Notes under the pieces: model-generated
What the model was told of the DNA's origin: nothing
Seen by the model: only the letters and a program-made list of their open reading frames with translations
Database searches by the model: none
Assembly: GCA_963821225.1 (NCBI GenBank)
Contig: CAWGCY010000004.1
Span: 867,029-931,028 of the forward strand
Source of the DNA: Thermoanaerobaculia bacterium
GTDB taxonomy: Bacteria; Acidobacteriota; Thermoanaerobaculia; UBA5066
DNA: 64,000 nucleotides
Direction of reading: 5' to 3'
Translations under genes and position numbers: made by a program
Part shown: positions 48,758 to 58,758 of the stretch, piece after piece
Position numbering within the stretch: position 1 is the stretch's first letter
Layout: each line of letters starts with the position of its first letter

Positions 48758-50796
48758 GGCCCCTTCTTCCAGGAGAACGTCTGCGACGGGTACTGGCGCA
48801 CGCGGTCGTCCGCACCGTGGAAGACGACCGAGAGCTCGTGCCAGCCCTCGTCACCGGGCTGAAAAGCGAAGACACGCTCGTAGCCGGCGGTCCTGCAATC
48901 TCCGAGACTCGGAACGGCGGCTTGCACGTCGGCGCGCGGGAGACGTCCCTCGCGGAGTGGGACGCGCCGAGCCCGGTCGATGAGAACAGTCACGTCGAGG
49001 TCTCGGCCAGGAATGCGCGCCCAGCCGCGCACAGTGAGATTTCCAGTCACGGTCGCTTCCGCGGCCGGCTCGTCGATCGAGCCGGTCAACTCCACCCCCT
49101 TCGTCCCAGCGGACTCTCCGGGCTCGTTGGCCATGGGCGCGCCTTCGAGCTGTTTCGCGCCCGGCTCGATCTTGACGACCGCATAGAGTTCGTCGTCGGG
49201 TAGGAAGCGGCGGACGTAGAGGAGCCGGTGCGACGCGAGGCCGGCCTCGACGAGCCCCGCCGCGGTCGTGCGCTGCTCTGGCGTCATGAGCCCCTGTCTC
49301 ATGGTCACGTACGAGACGGGTACGGCCTCGAGCGCGTCGAGAAGCTCCCTGGTCTTTCCCCCGGCGAGAAGGTCGTGCAAGCCCTGAGCAAGTGGCATCT
49401 GGAAACCCGAATAGCCGTTGACGAGCGGCTTCCAGTGATCGGCTGCGCGCAGCAAGTGAAGGCAATTCGTCTCTCCGAACGCGTCAGGCAGCTCGTAGAG
49501 TCCGCCCGCCATCGGCGTCTCCTTGAGGAACCGCGTGAGCGGATCCGGGTCCGGCTCACCGCGGTGAAGGTACATCGGCGCGACGCGATCCTCGAAGAGA
49601 AGGGCCGCACAGAGACACGCCGCGATCCCGAATCCGAAGGCCTTCGACGCGCGCCGCGACCACGTCTCGACGAGGGCGGCGACCGCGAGGCCCGCGAGGA
49701 CGGCGAGGCCCAGGTCGGCCACCATCGCCCAGCGAACGGGCGCCCGGATCGCGTGAAAAGGCGGGAACAGGTGGAAGAGCAGCCAGTGAAAGGGGGTCGA
49801 CATGCCGAATGACCCCACGAGGCCGAGACCGGCGAAAAGGAGGCCTACGGTGCCGGCCTCCGAACGTTTCCGGAAATAGAGAAGGATCCCGAGGGTTGCC
49901 AGGGCCAGCAGGAGAAAGCCGGGGAAGAGGCAGAACTCGGGGCGCCCGGGACTCTGCCCCATGCCGCGCCAGAGCTTCAGATTGAAATCCGGGGTGAGCC
50001 AGTGAATCGGCCGCGCGGAGTAGAAGGTCGCCTCGGCGGACCCGCGCTCGAGCCCATAAAGCGATCGAGCGCGCTGGTACGGCAGGAAAAAAGGCAGGAG
50101 GGCAAGCGATGCGGCGCCGACGGCGACCGCAGCCCGGCGCCACGCGCGTCGCGCGAGAGGATCCTTGGTAAACAGGATCGCCGCCATGACGGCCGTGGGA
50201 ACAGAGCCGAGGAGGAACCAGTGAATGCTCGAGACGCCGCTCATGAAGAACGTCAGGCCGAGCCAGGCTGCGCGCGGCCACGACCGACGGCGCGCGAAAA
50301 GGACGACGGCCTCGGCGAAGAGCGGCATCCAGCCCGCGAAGACGTAAGGAAGGTGCGGAATGTGGTGGAAGCGATAGGGGACGAAGGCGAACGCGATGCC
50401 GGAGACCCATGCCGCAGCCGTCGAGCCGGTGAGTGTGCGCGCGAGACGGAACGCGCCGTAGCCGCTGAACGCGAACCCGAAGAGCATGGCGAGGCCGTGC
50501 ACGGTGAGCGGTGGAAGGCCGGCGGCGAACGCCGGGAAAAAGAGCAGCGCGATGCCCCACAGGTGCTCGGAGAGCGCGAGCGTGTACCGGTACGGGAAGA
50601 AGTTGTTCGAGTCGAAGAGGTGGAGCGGATCGTGGAACGTCTGATGGAAATCCCACGCGAGGGTCCAGGACATCAGGTACGAATCGCCCGGGTCGAACGA
50701 CGTGTCGCGCATGTGGGCCGCCCACGGCCACGTCATGACGATCGTCAGGGCGACGAAGACGAGGAGGACGCCGGCCTCGCGTGCCCCACGCTTCAC
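48754..50796 (-). CDS. GT-C-like polytopic membrane protein (YfhO-like), with shared C-terminal module
   Basis: GTG 50796; MTWPW, DPGDSYL..WTLAWD, LFDSNNFFPYRYTLALSEH, FAFVPYR, IRAPVRW, LVNGYSGF; many TM helices. Confidence 0.75.
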   Translation of the reverse strand: MKRGAREAGVLLVFVALTIVMTWPWAAHMRDTSFDPGDSYLMSWTLAWDFHQTFHDPLHLFDSNNFFPYRYTLALSEHLWGIALLFFPAFAAGLPPLTVHGLAMLFGFAFSGYGAFRLARTLTGSTAAAWVSGIAFAFVPYRFHHIPHLPYVFAGWMPLFAEAVVLFARRRSWPRAAWLGLTFFMSGVSSIHWFLLGSVPTAVMAAILFTKDPLARRAWRRAAVAVGAASLALLPFFLPYQRARSLYGLERGSAEATFYSARPIHWLTPDFNLKLWRGMGQSPGRPEFCLFPGFLLLALATLGILLYFRKRSEAGTVGLLFAGLGLVGSFGMSTPFHWLLFHLFPPFHAIRAPVRWAMVADLGLAVLAGLAVAALVETWSRRASKAFGFGIAACLCAALLFEDRVAPMYLHRGEPDPDPLTRFLKETPMAGGLYELPDAFGETNCLHLLRAADHWKPLVNGYSGFQMPLAQGLHDLLAGGKTRELLDALEAVPVSYVTMRQGLMTPEQRTTAAGLVEAGLASHRLLYVRRFLPDDELYAVVKIEPGAKQLEGAPMANEPGESAGTKGVELTGSIDEPAAEATVTGNLTVRGWARIPGRDLDVTVLIDRARRVPLREGRLPRADVQAAVPSLGDCRTAGYERVFAFQPGDEGWHELSVVFHGADDRVRQYPSQTFSWKKGP

Positions 50797-53180
50797 CGGT
50801 TCCAGGTGAATCTCCGCGGCGGGTAGTGGCGCTGCCGGCCGTCGGCGGCCCGGAAGAGCACCTGAATCTCGTGCGTGCCTTCGTCGCCGGCCTCGAACGG
50901 GAACGTCGTCTCGTAGCCGGCTGTCCGGCAATCGCCGAGGTACGGCAGAACGGCCTGGACGTCCCGGCGGGGCACGCGCTCGCCCTTCGTGAACTTGCGC
51001 TCCTCTCCGTCGATCGTGACGATGACGTGAAGGTCCTCGTCGCTCGTGCGGGCCCAGCCGCGCACCGCGAGCGCGCCCGTCACGACGGCGCCTTGAGCGG
51101 GCTCGTCGATGGAGCCTGTGAGGGTCACGTCCTCGCGATAGAGCACCCCGGAAGACGGGGACCCGCCCGGCGGCGTCCACGGGAGCGAGCCGAGCGCTTT
51201 CGCTTCCGGCTCGTTCCTGACGACGGCGTACAGCTCGTTCCGCAGGCGGCGGTCGAAGCGATTCACGAACAGCAGGCGTCCCGAAGCCATCCCTCGCGCG
51301 AGCCACTCGCGGTGCGGGCCGCGCATCTCGGGCGACAGCCACGAGTCGCGCACGAGAATGTAGGACGTCGGAATGCTCTCGAGGAAGTCGAGGAGCTCGT
51401 CGGGAATCGGCTTCTTCCTCTCGTCCTCCTCGATGCGCGTCACGATGGGAGAGGCGAAGCCCGAGACGGCGGTGACGAGAGGCTTTCCGTGATCCGCGGC
51501 GCGGAGCATGGCGCGGTAGTTGCCATGGTCCGGGGTGCCTGACGGGAGCTCGACGAGGCCGCCCTTCATCGGGGTCTTCGCGAGGAAGAGCGTGGCCTCA
51601 TCCGGATCGGCCTCGCCGCGGATGAGCTCGAGCGGCGCGGCCCGGTCCTCGAAGAGGAGGCCGAGGCCGGCGAGGGCGAAGACGAGCACCGCCGCGCGCG
51701 TCCCGGGCCGGCGCCGGCGCCACGCCTCGGCGAGGGCAAGAGCCCCGGCACCCGCGAGGACCGCGAGGCCGAGGTACGCGATCACGGCCCAGCGTGCGGG
51801 AACGCGCACGCTGCGAAAGAGAAAAACCGCCTCGAAGAGCACGCGGTGGAACGGGAAGTTCATGCCGAGAGAGCCGAAAAAGCCGAGAACGGCCCAGATG
51901 CCGCCGACGAGGATCGCCTCGGGCCGGTGGAGGAGACGCAGGCTTTGCGGGAGGTTCCGCCCGCGCACGAAGGGCATCGCTTTCGGGTAGGCGATCCACC
52001 ACCGCGCGAAGAGCGCGACGGCGAGGACCGCGAGCGCGCGCGGCGACTCCGTGGCCCTGAAGACCTCCTTGCCTCCGAGGCGGATGTGGATGCCGGCCGG
52101 ACTCGCGGCGAAAAGTGCGAGTGTGCCCGCGACGACCGAGATCCCGTCCAGCCAGGGGAGAGAGCGGAGGACGCGCGGATCGAACCGCGGTGCCGGACTC
52201 GGCGGCGCGGGTTCGTTCGGTGCGGCGCGCGAAAGGAGAACCGCCGCGAGCGGGAGCAGGAGCAGCAGCAGCCCCGGAAACAGTCGGCGCTCGTTTGGCG
52301 CGGGCCACGCGGTGAAGCCTCGCCATGTCCGATTCCACACATCCATGTTGAGCCAGTCCCTTGGCAGGGCGGAAAGCGCGAGAGTCTCGGGTGTGCCGCG
52401 CGTGAAGCCGTAGAGCATCGCGGCCTTTTGATAGGGCAAAAGGAAAGGGAGGAGCGCGAATCCCGCGATTCCGAGCGCGAGAGCGCCGCGCTTCAACCCC
52501 GCCCGGTCCTGCACCGCGTCATTCCTGAACCCGAGCGCGAAGCCTGTGGCGAGGAGCGGGATGAGGGTCAGGATCAGCCAGTGGACGACCGAGAGGCCGT
52601 TCAGGAAGAAGGCGATTCCGAACCACACCGCTCGCTTCGGCGTTCTTTCGCGCAGGAAGAGAACGAAGGCCTCGATGAGGATCGGAATCCAGACCGTGAA
52701 AAGGTACGGAAGGTGCGGCAGCTGGGCGATGCGGTACGGCACGAATGCGAAGGCGACGCCGGTCACCCATGCCGCGCCCGTCGAGCCCGTCAGCGTGCGC
52801 CCGAGCCGGAACGCGCCATAGCCCGAGAAGGCGAAGCCGAACAGGGTTGCGAGGCCGTGCACGGTGAGCGGGCGCACGCCGAGCGCGAGGAGCGGGAAGA
52901 ACGGCAGCGCGATGCCGTAGTTGTGCTCGCTGAACGCGAGGCTGTACTTCATCGGGTAAGAGACGTTGCCGTCGAAGAGGTGGAGGGGATCGTGAAACGT
53001 CTGGTGAAAATCCCACCAGAGAGTCCATGACACGAGATAGGGATCTCCGGTGTCCGAGCAGTGATCGCGCACGTGGAGAACCCACGGCCACGTCATGACG
53101 GCGGTCAGACCGAGGAACGCGAGGCACACCAGCGCCTCGCGCCCGAACGCACGCGTCCGGATCCTGGATTCGGCGCCCAC
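50793..53180 (-). CDS. GT-C-like polytopic membrane protein, tandem paralog of 48754..50796
   Basis: GTG 53180; MTWPW, DTGDPYL..WTLWWDFHQTFHDPLHLFD, FAFVPYR, VRVPARW, LVTAVSGF. Confidence 0.75.
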   Translation of the reverse strand: MGAESRIRTRAFGREALVCLAFLGLTAVMTWPWVLHVRDHCSDTGDPYLVSWTLWWDFHQTFHDPLHLFDGNVSYPMKYSLAFSEHNYGIALPFFPLLALGVRPLTVHGLATLFGFAFSGYGAFRLGRTLTGSTGAAWVTGVAFAFVPYRIAQLPHLPYLFTVWIPILIEAFVLFLRERTPKRAVWFGIAFFLNGLSVVHWLILTLIPLLATGFALGFRNDAVQDRAGLKRGALALGIAGFALLPFLLPYQKAAMLYGFTRGTPETLALSALPRDWLNMDVWNRTWRGFTAWPAPNERRLFPGLLLLLLPLAAVLLSRAAPNEPAPPSPAPRFDPRVLRSLPWLDGISVVAGTLALFAASPAGIHIRLGGKEVFRATESPRALAVLAVALFARWWIAYPKAMPFVRGRNLPQSLRLLHRPEAILVGGIWAVLGFFGSLGMNFPFHRVLFEAVFLFRSVRVPARWAVIAYLGLAVLAGAGALALAEAWRRRRPGTRAAVLVFALAGLGLLFEDRAAPLELIRGEADPDEATLFLAKTPMKGGLVELPSGTPDHGNYRAMLRAADHGKPLVTAVSGFASPIVTRIEEDERKKPIPDELLDFLESIPTSYILVRDSWLSPEMRGPHREWLARGMASGRLLFVNRFDRRLRNELYAVVRNEPEAKALGSLPWTPPGGSPSSGVLYREDVTLTGSIDEPAQGAVVTGALAVRGWARTSDEDLHVIVTIDGEERKFTKGERVPRRDVQAVLPYLGDCRTAGYETTFPFEAGDEGTHEIQVLFRAADGRQRHYPPRRFTWNR

Positions 53181-53231
53181 GGACGGGATGATATCGACGC
53201 GGTTCCGAATGCGTATGCTCCGCACATCCTC

Positions 53232-55328
53232 ATGTCCGTGAGCCCCGCGCCCCGCCGCGAGAGAATCCTCGTCGTCGCCGCGTTCGTCGTCCTCGCGGTT
53301 GTGCGCCTCGCGACGCTCGCTCCCGACCCGTGGGAATGGGACGAGGTCCTCTTCATGGAGGGCGTGCGAGACGGCCTCGACGTCCGCGTGAACCATCCGC
53401 ACGCGCCGGGCTACCCGGTGTTCATCCGGCTCGGGCAGGGGATCCGCGCGCTGGGCGTCGAGCCGTTCCGCGCGACGGCCCTCGCAGGCGCGCTCGGCGG
53501 GTATCTCTCGGTCCTGGCCCTCTACCTCCTCCTCCGCGAGCTCGGCTCGCGGCGCGCCTGGGCCCTCGCCGGATCACTCTTCTATGCGCTCACGCCGTCC
53601 GTCTGGCTGCACGGTGTGCGACCCCTCTCGGACGGGCCGGGGGCCGCGGCCGCGCTGTTCGCGTCGCTGTTCCTCGTCCGTGCGATCGCGGGAAAGGGCG
53701 GACGGAACCTCGTCTTCGCCGCCGCGTTGACGGCTCTCGCGGCGGGGGTCCGCCCGCAGGTGGGCCTCGCGCTCCTCCCGGCGGCAGCCGTGGCGGCGGC
53801 GCTCGTGTTCCGGCGCGAGCGCCGCGCACGGCTGCTCCTCCTCGCGGTCCTCGCGGGCGTCCTCGTCTCGGCCGCGGTCTGGATTCCGGTCTTCCGGAGC
53901 TCCGGCGGCTTCGCGGTCTGGAAGACCCGGTTCGACGGGCAGATGAAGTACGTGACGCAGTACGACAGGCCAAAGGCCCGCGACCTCATCACGGCCCGGT
54001 TCTGGAAGCGGTGGTGGCTGGACCCGGTCGGGCACGAGGAGCTCACGATGGCGTTTCTCGCGCTGGGCTTCGTGGGCGCCCTCGTCGAGCGGCGGAAGGC
54101 CGGGCTGATCCTGCTCGTCTTCACTCCCGTCACGGCCCTCACGCTCGGTGTCCTCTCGACGGACTCGGCGCCGCGTTACGCCCTGGCGTTCTGGGGGGCT
54201 CCGTGTGCGCTCGCCGCTCTCGCGCTCGAATGGGCGTCGCGCCGCCGCGGCGGGAGGATCGCCGCTCCCGCGGCGGCCGTGCTCCTCCTCGCCGCCTTCG
54301 CGGCCCTGGGCACGCCCGCGGTGGTCGAAGTCGCGTCGCGCCCGAGCCCGTCCGTCGCCGTGATGAAGGCCCTGAGGTCCGAAGGGCTCGCAGCGCGCGA
54401 CGTCTTCGTGACGCCGACGCTGCGTGCGCACGCCGACGAGTACTTCCGCGGCGGGGCACATGTCGTGGACGAGCTCGTCCCGCTGCAGATTTCCCCGAGC
54501 GCAGTCCTCGTCAGCTCCGACGGAGTGCCGTTCGGTCTCGCGCCCAAGCGCACCTTCGCCTTCGACGATCCCCGCCTCTCCCGCATCTCGCGCGGCCGGT
54601 ACCTGCGCACGTTCGTCTTCGAGGGGCGGGCGGGTTCAGGAATCTTCGCGCCATCCGTCACGCGGCCGGGCTGGCAGCTGCACGGCCGGGTCGAGCTGCC
54701 GGAAGGGACGGCGCTTTCCGTCCTCTCCGCGGGCCCGGCAGACGTCGCGTTCACGGGAATCGCGGCTGGTGGTCCGGCCGAGATCGAGATCAAGACCGCC
54801 GCCGCCGTGCGCCGCGTGCAGGTCGTCGCGGACCGCGCCCAGGCCATGTCCTTCGCGGCGGTCCCCGACACGTCGGAGCTGCTGTTCACGATCTCGTCCC
54901 GGCGCGGCCGGACGGTGCTCGACGGATTCCGCATCGTGGCGCACGCTGTCGCTCCTGCTCCGGCGTATCGCAACGACGACGGGATTCCCGCCTCGATCGA
55001 CGAGCCCGTCGAGGGTGCGCGCGTGACGCCGCCGTTCCGCGCTCGTGGGTGGTGTCAGGAGCGCGGCGGCGGGCGCGTGGACCCGGTCGAGTTCCGCCTC
55101 GACGGCCACCTCCTCGAGGAGACGCCCGTGACGCGAAGACCCAGACGCGACGTCGCGGCCGTCATCCCGGCGATCGGCGACCCGAGCGCCGCGGGCTGGG
55201 AAGTCCTCCTCTCGCCGAAGGTGGCGCCGGGCCGCCACCTCCTGACGGTGGTGTTCCAGGCCGGCGACCGCCGCCGCGTCTACCCGCCGCGGACGATCGA
55301 GATCGTCGCGTCGGGCCCGGCCCGCTGA
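53232..55328 (+). CDS. GT-C-like (DUF2723/PMT-like) membrane protein with shared C-terminal module
   Basis: WEWDEVLF...HPHAPGYP after TM1, LSD, GVRPQ, PRY; many TM helices. Confidence 0.72.
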   Translation: MSVSPAPRRERILVVAAFVVLAVVRLATLAPDPWEWDEVLFMEGVRDGLDVRVNHPHAPGYPVFIRLGQGIRALGVEPFRATALAGALGGYLSVLALYLLLRELGSRRAWALAGSLFYALTPSVWLHGVRPLSDGPGAAAALFASLFLVRAIAGKGGRNLVFAAALTALAAGVRPQVGLALLPAAAVAAALVFRRERRARLLLLAVLAGVLVSAAVWIPVFRSSGGFAVWKTRFDGQMKYVTQYDRPKARDLITARFWKRWWLDPVGHEELTMAFLALGFVGALVERRKAGLILLVFTPVTALTLGVLSTDSAPRYALAFWGAPCALAALALEWASRRRGGRIAAPAAAVLLLAAFAALGTPAVVEVASRPSPSVAVMKALRSEGLAARDVFVTPTLRAHADEYFRGGAHVVDELVPLQISPSAVLVSSDGVPFGLAPKRTFAFDDPRLSRISRGRYLRTFVFEGRAGSGIFAPSVTRPGWQLHGRVELPEGTALSVLSAGPADVAFTGIAAGGPAEIEIKTAAAVRRVQVVADRAQAMSFAAVPDTSELLFTISSRRGRTVLDGFRIVAHAVAPAPAYRNDDGIPASIDEPVEGARVTPPFRARGWCQERGGGRVDPVEFRLDGHLLEETPVTRRPRRDVAAVIPAIGDPSAAGWEVLLSPKVAPGRHLLTVVFQAGDRRRVYPPRTIEIVASGPAR

Positions 55329-55373
55329 GATCGACGTCCTCAGCGCGCTCGGGAAGCCGGAATCGCCGCGGCG

Positions 55374-57137
55374 TCAGCGCTTCTTCCAGACGAAAAAGCG
55401 CACCGGGTAATGTCTTTCACGGCCGTCCGCGCTCGTGAAGACGACCTCGATCATGTGCCGCCCCTCGTCGCCGGGCCGAAACGGAATCGCCGTCTCGTAT
55501 CCTGCGCCCGAGCAGTCGCCGAGAGAGGGAATGGCGGCGGCAACGTCCGGACGCGGGACGCGAGAGACGCGCGTAGCTTTGCGCTCCGCGCCGTCGAGGC
55601 TGATGGTCACGCGCAGATCCTCTCCGGGAACGCGTGCCCAGCCGCGGACCCGGAGGTCGTCCGCCACCGTCTCGCCTTCCGCGGGCGCGTCGATCGAGCC
55701 GGTCAGGCGCACGTCTTCCCGGGCCGGCTCGCCCGATCCAGCGGGGCGGATGCGCACCAGAAGAACGCTGCCTGAAAGCGGATAGCCGCGGGCTTCGAAG
55801 AACTCACCTCGCGGGACGGGAATGCGTTCGTACCCGGATGTGAGAACGACGTTGCAAAGGTCCAGCGGATCGTTGCGAACGATCGGCTCGAGCCAGGCAA
55901 GCCCCCGGGTCTCGCGGTAGAAGCTCAGCGCGGGCCCGAAGACGCGGTCGCCCCCGAGCCGGACGCGTTCGAGGCCTTTTTCGTGAAGGCCCGTGAGGTC
56001 GTCCAGGACGCGGCGCACATCCGCGTCGTAGCGCCAGATCGTCGTGTGGTCGAAATTCGCGGAGCGGATCGACGAAAACGCGGCGATCCCCGCGAGCGTG
56101 ACGGCGAGAGCGTGTCCCGCGATCCGCAGGGCGCGCCCCGGAGCCGCCGCCAGGGCGTCGAGTCCGCCCGCAGCGCTCAACGCGAGGAGGGGCAGGAAGA
56201 ACATCGCCGTCCGGTCCTCCAGATAAGGTGTCCCGACCATGGCGTGCTGGGCCACGGAGCCGGCCGCCGCGAGGACGAGAGTCGAACCCGCGATCTGGCC
56301 GACTCTCCGCCCTCCCGCGCCTGAGGGCACGAGCGCTCCGACGAGACAGAGAGCGAGGAGAGCGGCGGCAACGCCGCCCGCCGCGGCGATCGCGAAGAAG
56401 CCGCCCCCCGAGGCCTCGGCCGTGACCCGCACGAGCGAGCCGACCGTGTCGGCGAAGAACCCCTTCGATCCCCCCACGTAGAACTGTCCGGCTCGTCTGA
56501 GGGCCACGATTCGCGGGCCGAGGACCGCTGCGACGAGGAGAGGCGCGACCGCGAGAGGGGGCGCCCAGCGTCGAAGCTCTTTCCGGTTGCGCGCGGCCGA
56601 AACGACCAGGAGCGCGAGGACGGGCAGGAGGAACGCCAGATTCGCGAGCACGGCTAGAAACGCGTACAGGCCGCCGACGAGGAGCCGCCGGAGCGCCAAG
56701 TCCGGTCTTTCCTCGGCCCGGACGAATTGCAGGAGAGCGGCCGAGAGAAGGGCCAGCGCGAGCCCGTACCCCCGCGAAAGGGCGAAGAACTCGAGGGCGA
56801 AGGGATTCGCCGAGAAGAGAAGGAAACCGCAGAGGCTCGACGCGGCGCTGGAGAACCGGCGGAAGAAGGCCGCTCCGCAAGCGAGGAAGACGCCGAACGC
56901 GAGGACGTTCGGGAGCCGCAGGGCCCACTCCGAAGGTCCGAACGTGAGCACGGCGAGTCGCGCGAGGAGCGAGTTGAGGACGTGATTGTTCACGGGCTCG
57001 ACGGTGTGGATCGAGAGAATCGTGCCGAACGAGCGCCCGACGAAATAGAGGTAGCTGACGGCCTCGTCGTGGACGATCGGGACGCGCGCGGCCCGAATGG
57101 CGACGTAGAGGAACGATATGGCGCCGACGAGCGCCAT
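55374..57137 (-). CDS. GT-C-like (ArnT/PMT-like) membrane protein with shared C-terminal module
   Basis: HDEAVSY...NNHVLNSLL...SEWALRLPN, LSRGYGL. The start may lie up to about 78 nt further upstream. Confidence 0.75.
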   Translation of the reverse strand: MALVGAISFLYVAIRAARVPIVHDEAVSYLYFVGRSFGTILSIHTVEPVNNHVLNSLLARLAVLTFGPSEWALRLPNVLAFGVFLACGAAFFRRFSSAASSLCGFLLFSANPFALEFFALSRGYGLALALLSAALLQFVRAEERPDLALRRLLVGGLYAFLAVLANLAFLLPVLALLVVSAARNRKELRRWAPPLAVAPLLVAAVLGPRIVALRRAGQFYVGGSKGFFADTVGSLVRVTAEASGGGFFAIAAAGGVAAALLALCLVGALVPSGAGGRRVGQIAGSTLVLAAAGSVAQHAMVGTPYLEDRTAMFFLPLLALSAAGGLDALAAAPGRALRIAGHALAVTLAGIAAFSSIRSANFDHTTIWRYDADVRRVLDDLTGLHEKGLERVRLGGDRVFGPALSFYRETRGLAWLEPIVRNDPLDLCNVVLTSGYERIPVPRGEFFEARGYPLSGSVLLVRIRPAGSGEPAREDVRLTGSIDAPAEGETVADDLRVRGWARVPGEDLRVTISLDGAERKATRVSRVPRPDVAAAIPSLGDCSGAGYETAIPFRPGDEGRHMIEVVFTSADGRERHYPVRFFVWKKR

Positions 57138-57211
57138 CGCGCCGTCGCGCGGTCTCTTGGAGTCGAACCGCTCCGTGGCGCGCGGGATCGTGGCGCCTGT
57201 GACCCGAAGCG

Positions 57212-58720
57212 TCAGCGGACCTCCGCCAGCTCGTAGAGGTAGTCCACGAAGGAGCGCACCGCGCCGTCGTAGCCCGACACCTTCGGGTTCGAGGACTCGA
57301 TCACGTAGTACTCGTCCGGCGCGTGCGCGCCGCTGCCGTGGCCGAGGCCGAAGTGGCCCGAGGCCAGCTTGAGAGGCTCGCCCGTGAAGACGTATCCGGG
57401 GTACGAGCCCGCGTTCCGCACCCAGAGGAGCGGGTCGAGGCCGTCTCGCTTCAGGAGCGCGATCTGCGCGCGGAGGAGCGGCGCGTCCGCGGGCGTCTCG
57501 GTGGGGTCGTAGCCGCCGGAGACGTTGACCTCGATGTCGCCGAAGCCCCTCTTCGCGAGGTGAGCTTTCAGCGCGGCGATCGCGCCGTCGAACGTCATGT
57601 CGGGCACGAGACGAAGATCCAGCTTCGCGACGGCCTTGTTCGGGGTCAGCGTCTTGCCGCCGGGTCCGGTGTAGCCGCCGACGAGGCCCTCGATGTTCAC
57701 GGTCGGCGAGAAGGCGAGGCGCTCGAGCGACTCGCGCCAGGAAGCGTCGTGAGACCAGCGCGAGGCGCCGAGCATCTTCTTCGCGGTGGCCTCGTCGAGC
57801 CGCTTCGCGGCCGCATCGAGAATCGCCGCCTGGGCCAGGCTCGGCGGCTTCGCGGCCGCGGCGAAGCCGTCGATCGCGGGGTCCCCGTCGGCATTCACGA
57901 GCGTCGCGAGGGCCTGGACGAGGTGGAAGGCGGGGCTGTCGAGACGCGCGCGGTTCCCGGAATGGACGTCCTTCGTCGGGCCGCGGCCCCACTTCGCGCC
58001 GCTCGAGACGAGCTCGCATTCGACGACGCCCTTTGCTCCGAGCGAGACCGCGACGGAGCCGTCGGGGTCCTGGCTCGCAGACGGCATGAAGACGCCCATG
58101 GTCTTGCCGAGCGCGGCGAGAACCTCGGGCTTCCGGACGATCTCCGGAATGTGGGGCGAGCCGATCTCCTCCTCGCCCTCGGCGACGAGTACGAGGTTGA
58201 CCGGCACTTTCTTTCCCGCGCCGCGAATGGCGTGAAGCGCGGCGAGGAACGCGGACTCCGGCCCTTTCTGGTTCACCGCGCCGCGGCCCACGATCACCTT
58301 GCCGAAGCCCGGCTTGTCGACGAGCGCCGCGTCGAACGGCGGCGACGACCACTCCGCGGGATCGGCCTGCTTCACGTCGTACATGAAATAAACGCCCACG
58401 GTGCGCCTCGCGCCCGCGTCGAGGGCCGCGAAAACGCCCGGCTTTCCGCCCGTGTCGGCCCGGACGGCATTCTGGAAGCCGGCGTCCTTCAGGAGCCGGA
58501 TCATCAGCGCGCATCCCTCGTTCGCACCGCGGTTTTCGGCGGCGATCGAGGGGACCCGGATCCAGTCCTGCAGGCGCTTGAGGGCCTCGCCGTGGCGACG
58601 CCCTATCTCGGCGTAGATCGCGGAAAGATCGTCGGCAGCGGAGAGGAAGCGCGGGAGGGCGAGCGCGGCCGCGGAGGCCGCGGCGGCGCCGAGAATGTCG
58701 CGGCGTGTGAGATTCGGCAT
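57212..58720 (-). CDS. Tat-exported M20/M25/M40 family metallo-hydrolase
   Basis: LTRRDILG twin-arginine signal; MYDV, GRGAVNQKG, EGEEEIGS, AHAPDEY. Confidence 0.88.
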   Translation of the reverse strand: MPNLTRRDILGAAAASAAALALPRFLSAADDLSAIYAEIGRRHGEALKRLQDWIRVPSIAAENRGANEGCALMIRLLKDAGFQNAVRADTGGKPGVFAALDAGARRTVGVYFMYDVKQADPAEWSSPPFDAALVDKPGFGKVIVGRGAVNQKGPESAFLAALHAIRGAGKKVPVNLVLVAEGEEEIGSPHIPEIVRKPEVLAALGKTMGVFMPSASQDPDGSVAVSLGAKGVVECELVSSGAKWGRGPTKDVHSGNRARLDSPAFHLVQALATLVNADGDPAIDGFAAAAKPPSLAQAAILDAAAKRLDEATAKKMLGASRWSHDASWRESLERLAFSPTVNIEGLVGGYTGPGGKTLTPNKAVAKLDLRLVPDMTFDGAIAALKAHLAKRGFGDIEVNVSGGYDPTETPADAPLLRAQIALLKRDGLDPLLWVRNAGSYPGYVFTGEPLKLASGHFGLGHGSGAHAPDEYYVIESSNPKVSGYDGAVRSFVDYLYELAEVR

Positions 58721-58758
58721 GGCGCGAAGTCTACCGCCGGCCGGTATGCTCAGCGGGG

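Noticed and set aside
55374-58514. 1046-aa ORF implying a giant GT-C protein (likewise extended starts at 51342, 53061, 53402, 46313, 43739, 22671)
   Set aside because: The extensions are off-frame overlaps of neighbouring genes; starts were trimmed using SD or -10 signals and stop-start overlaps.
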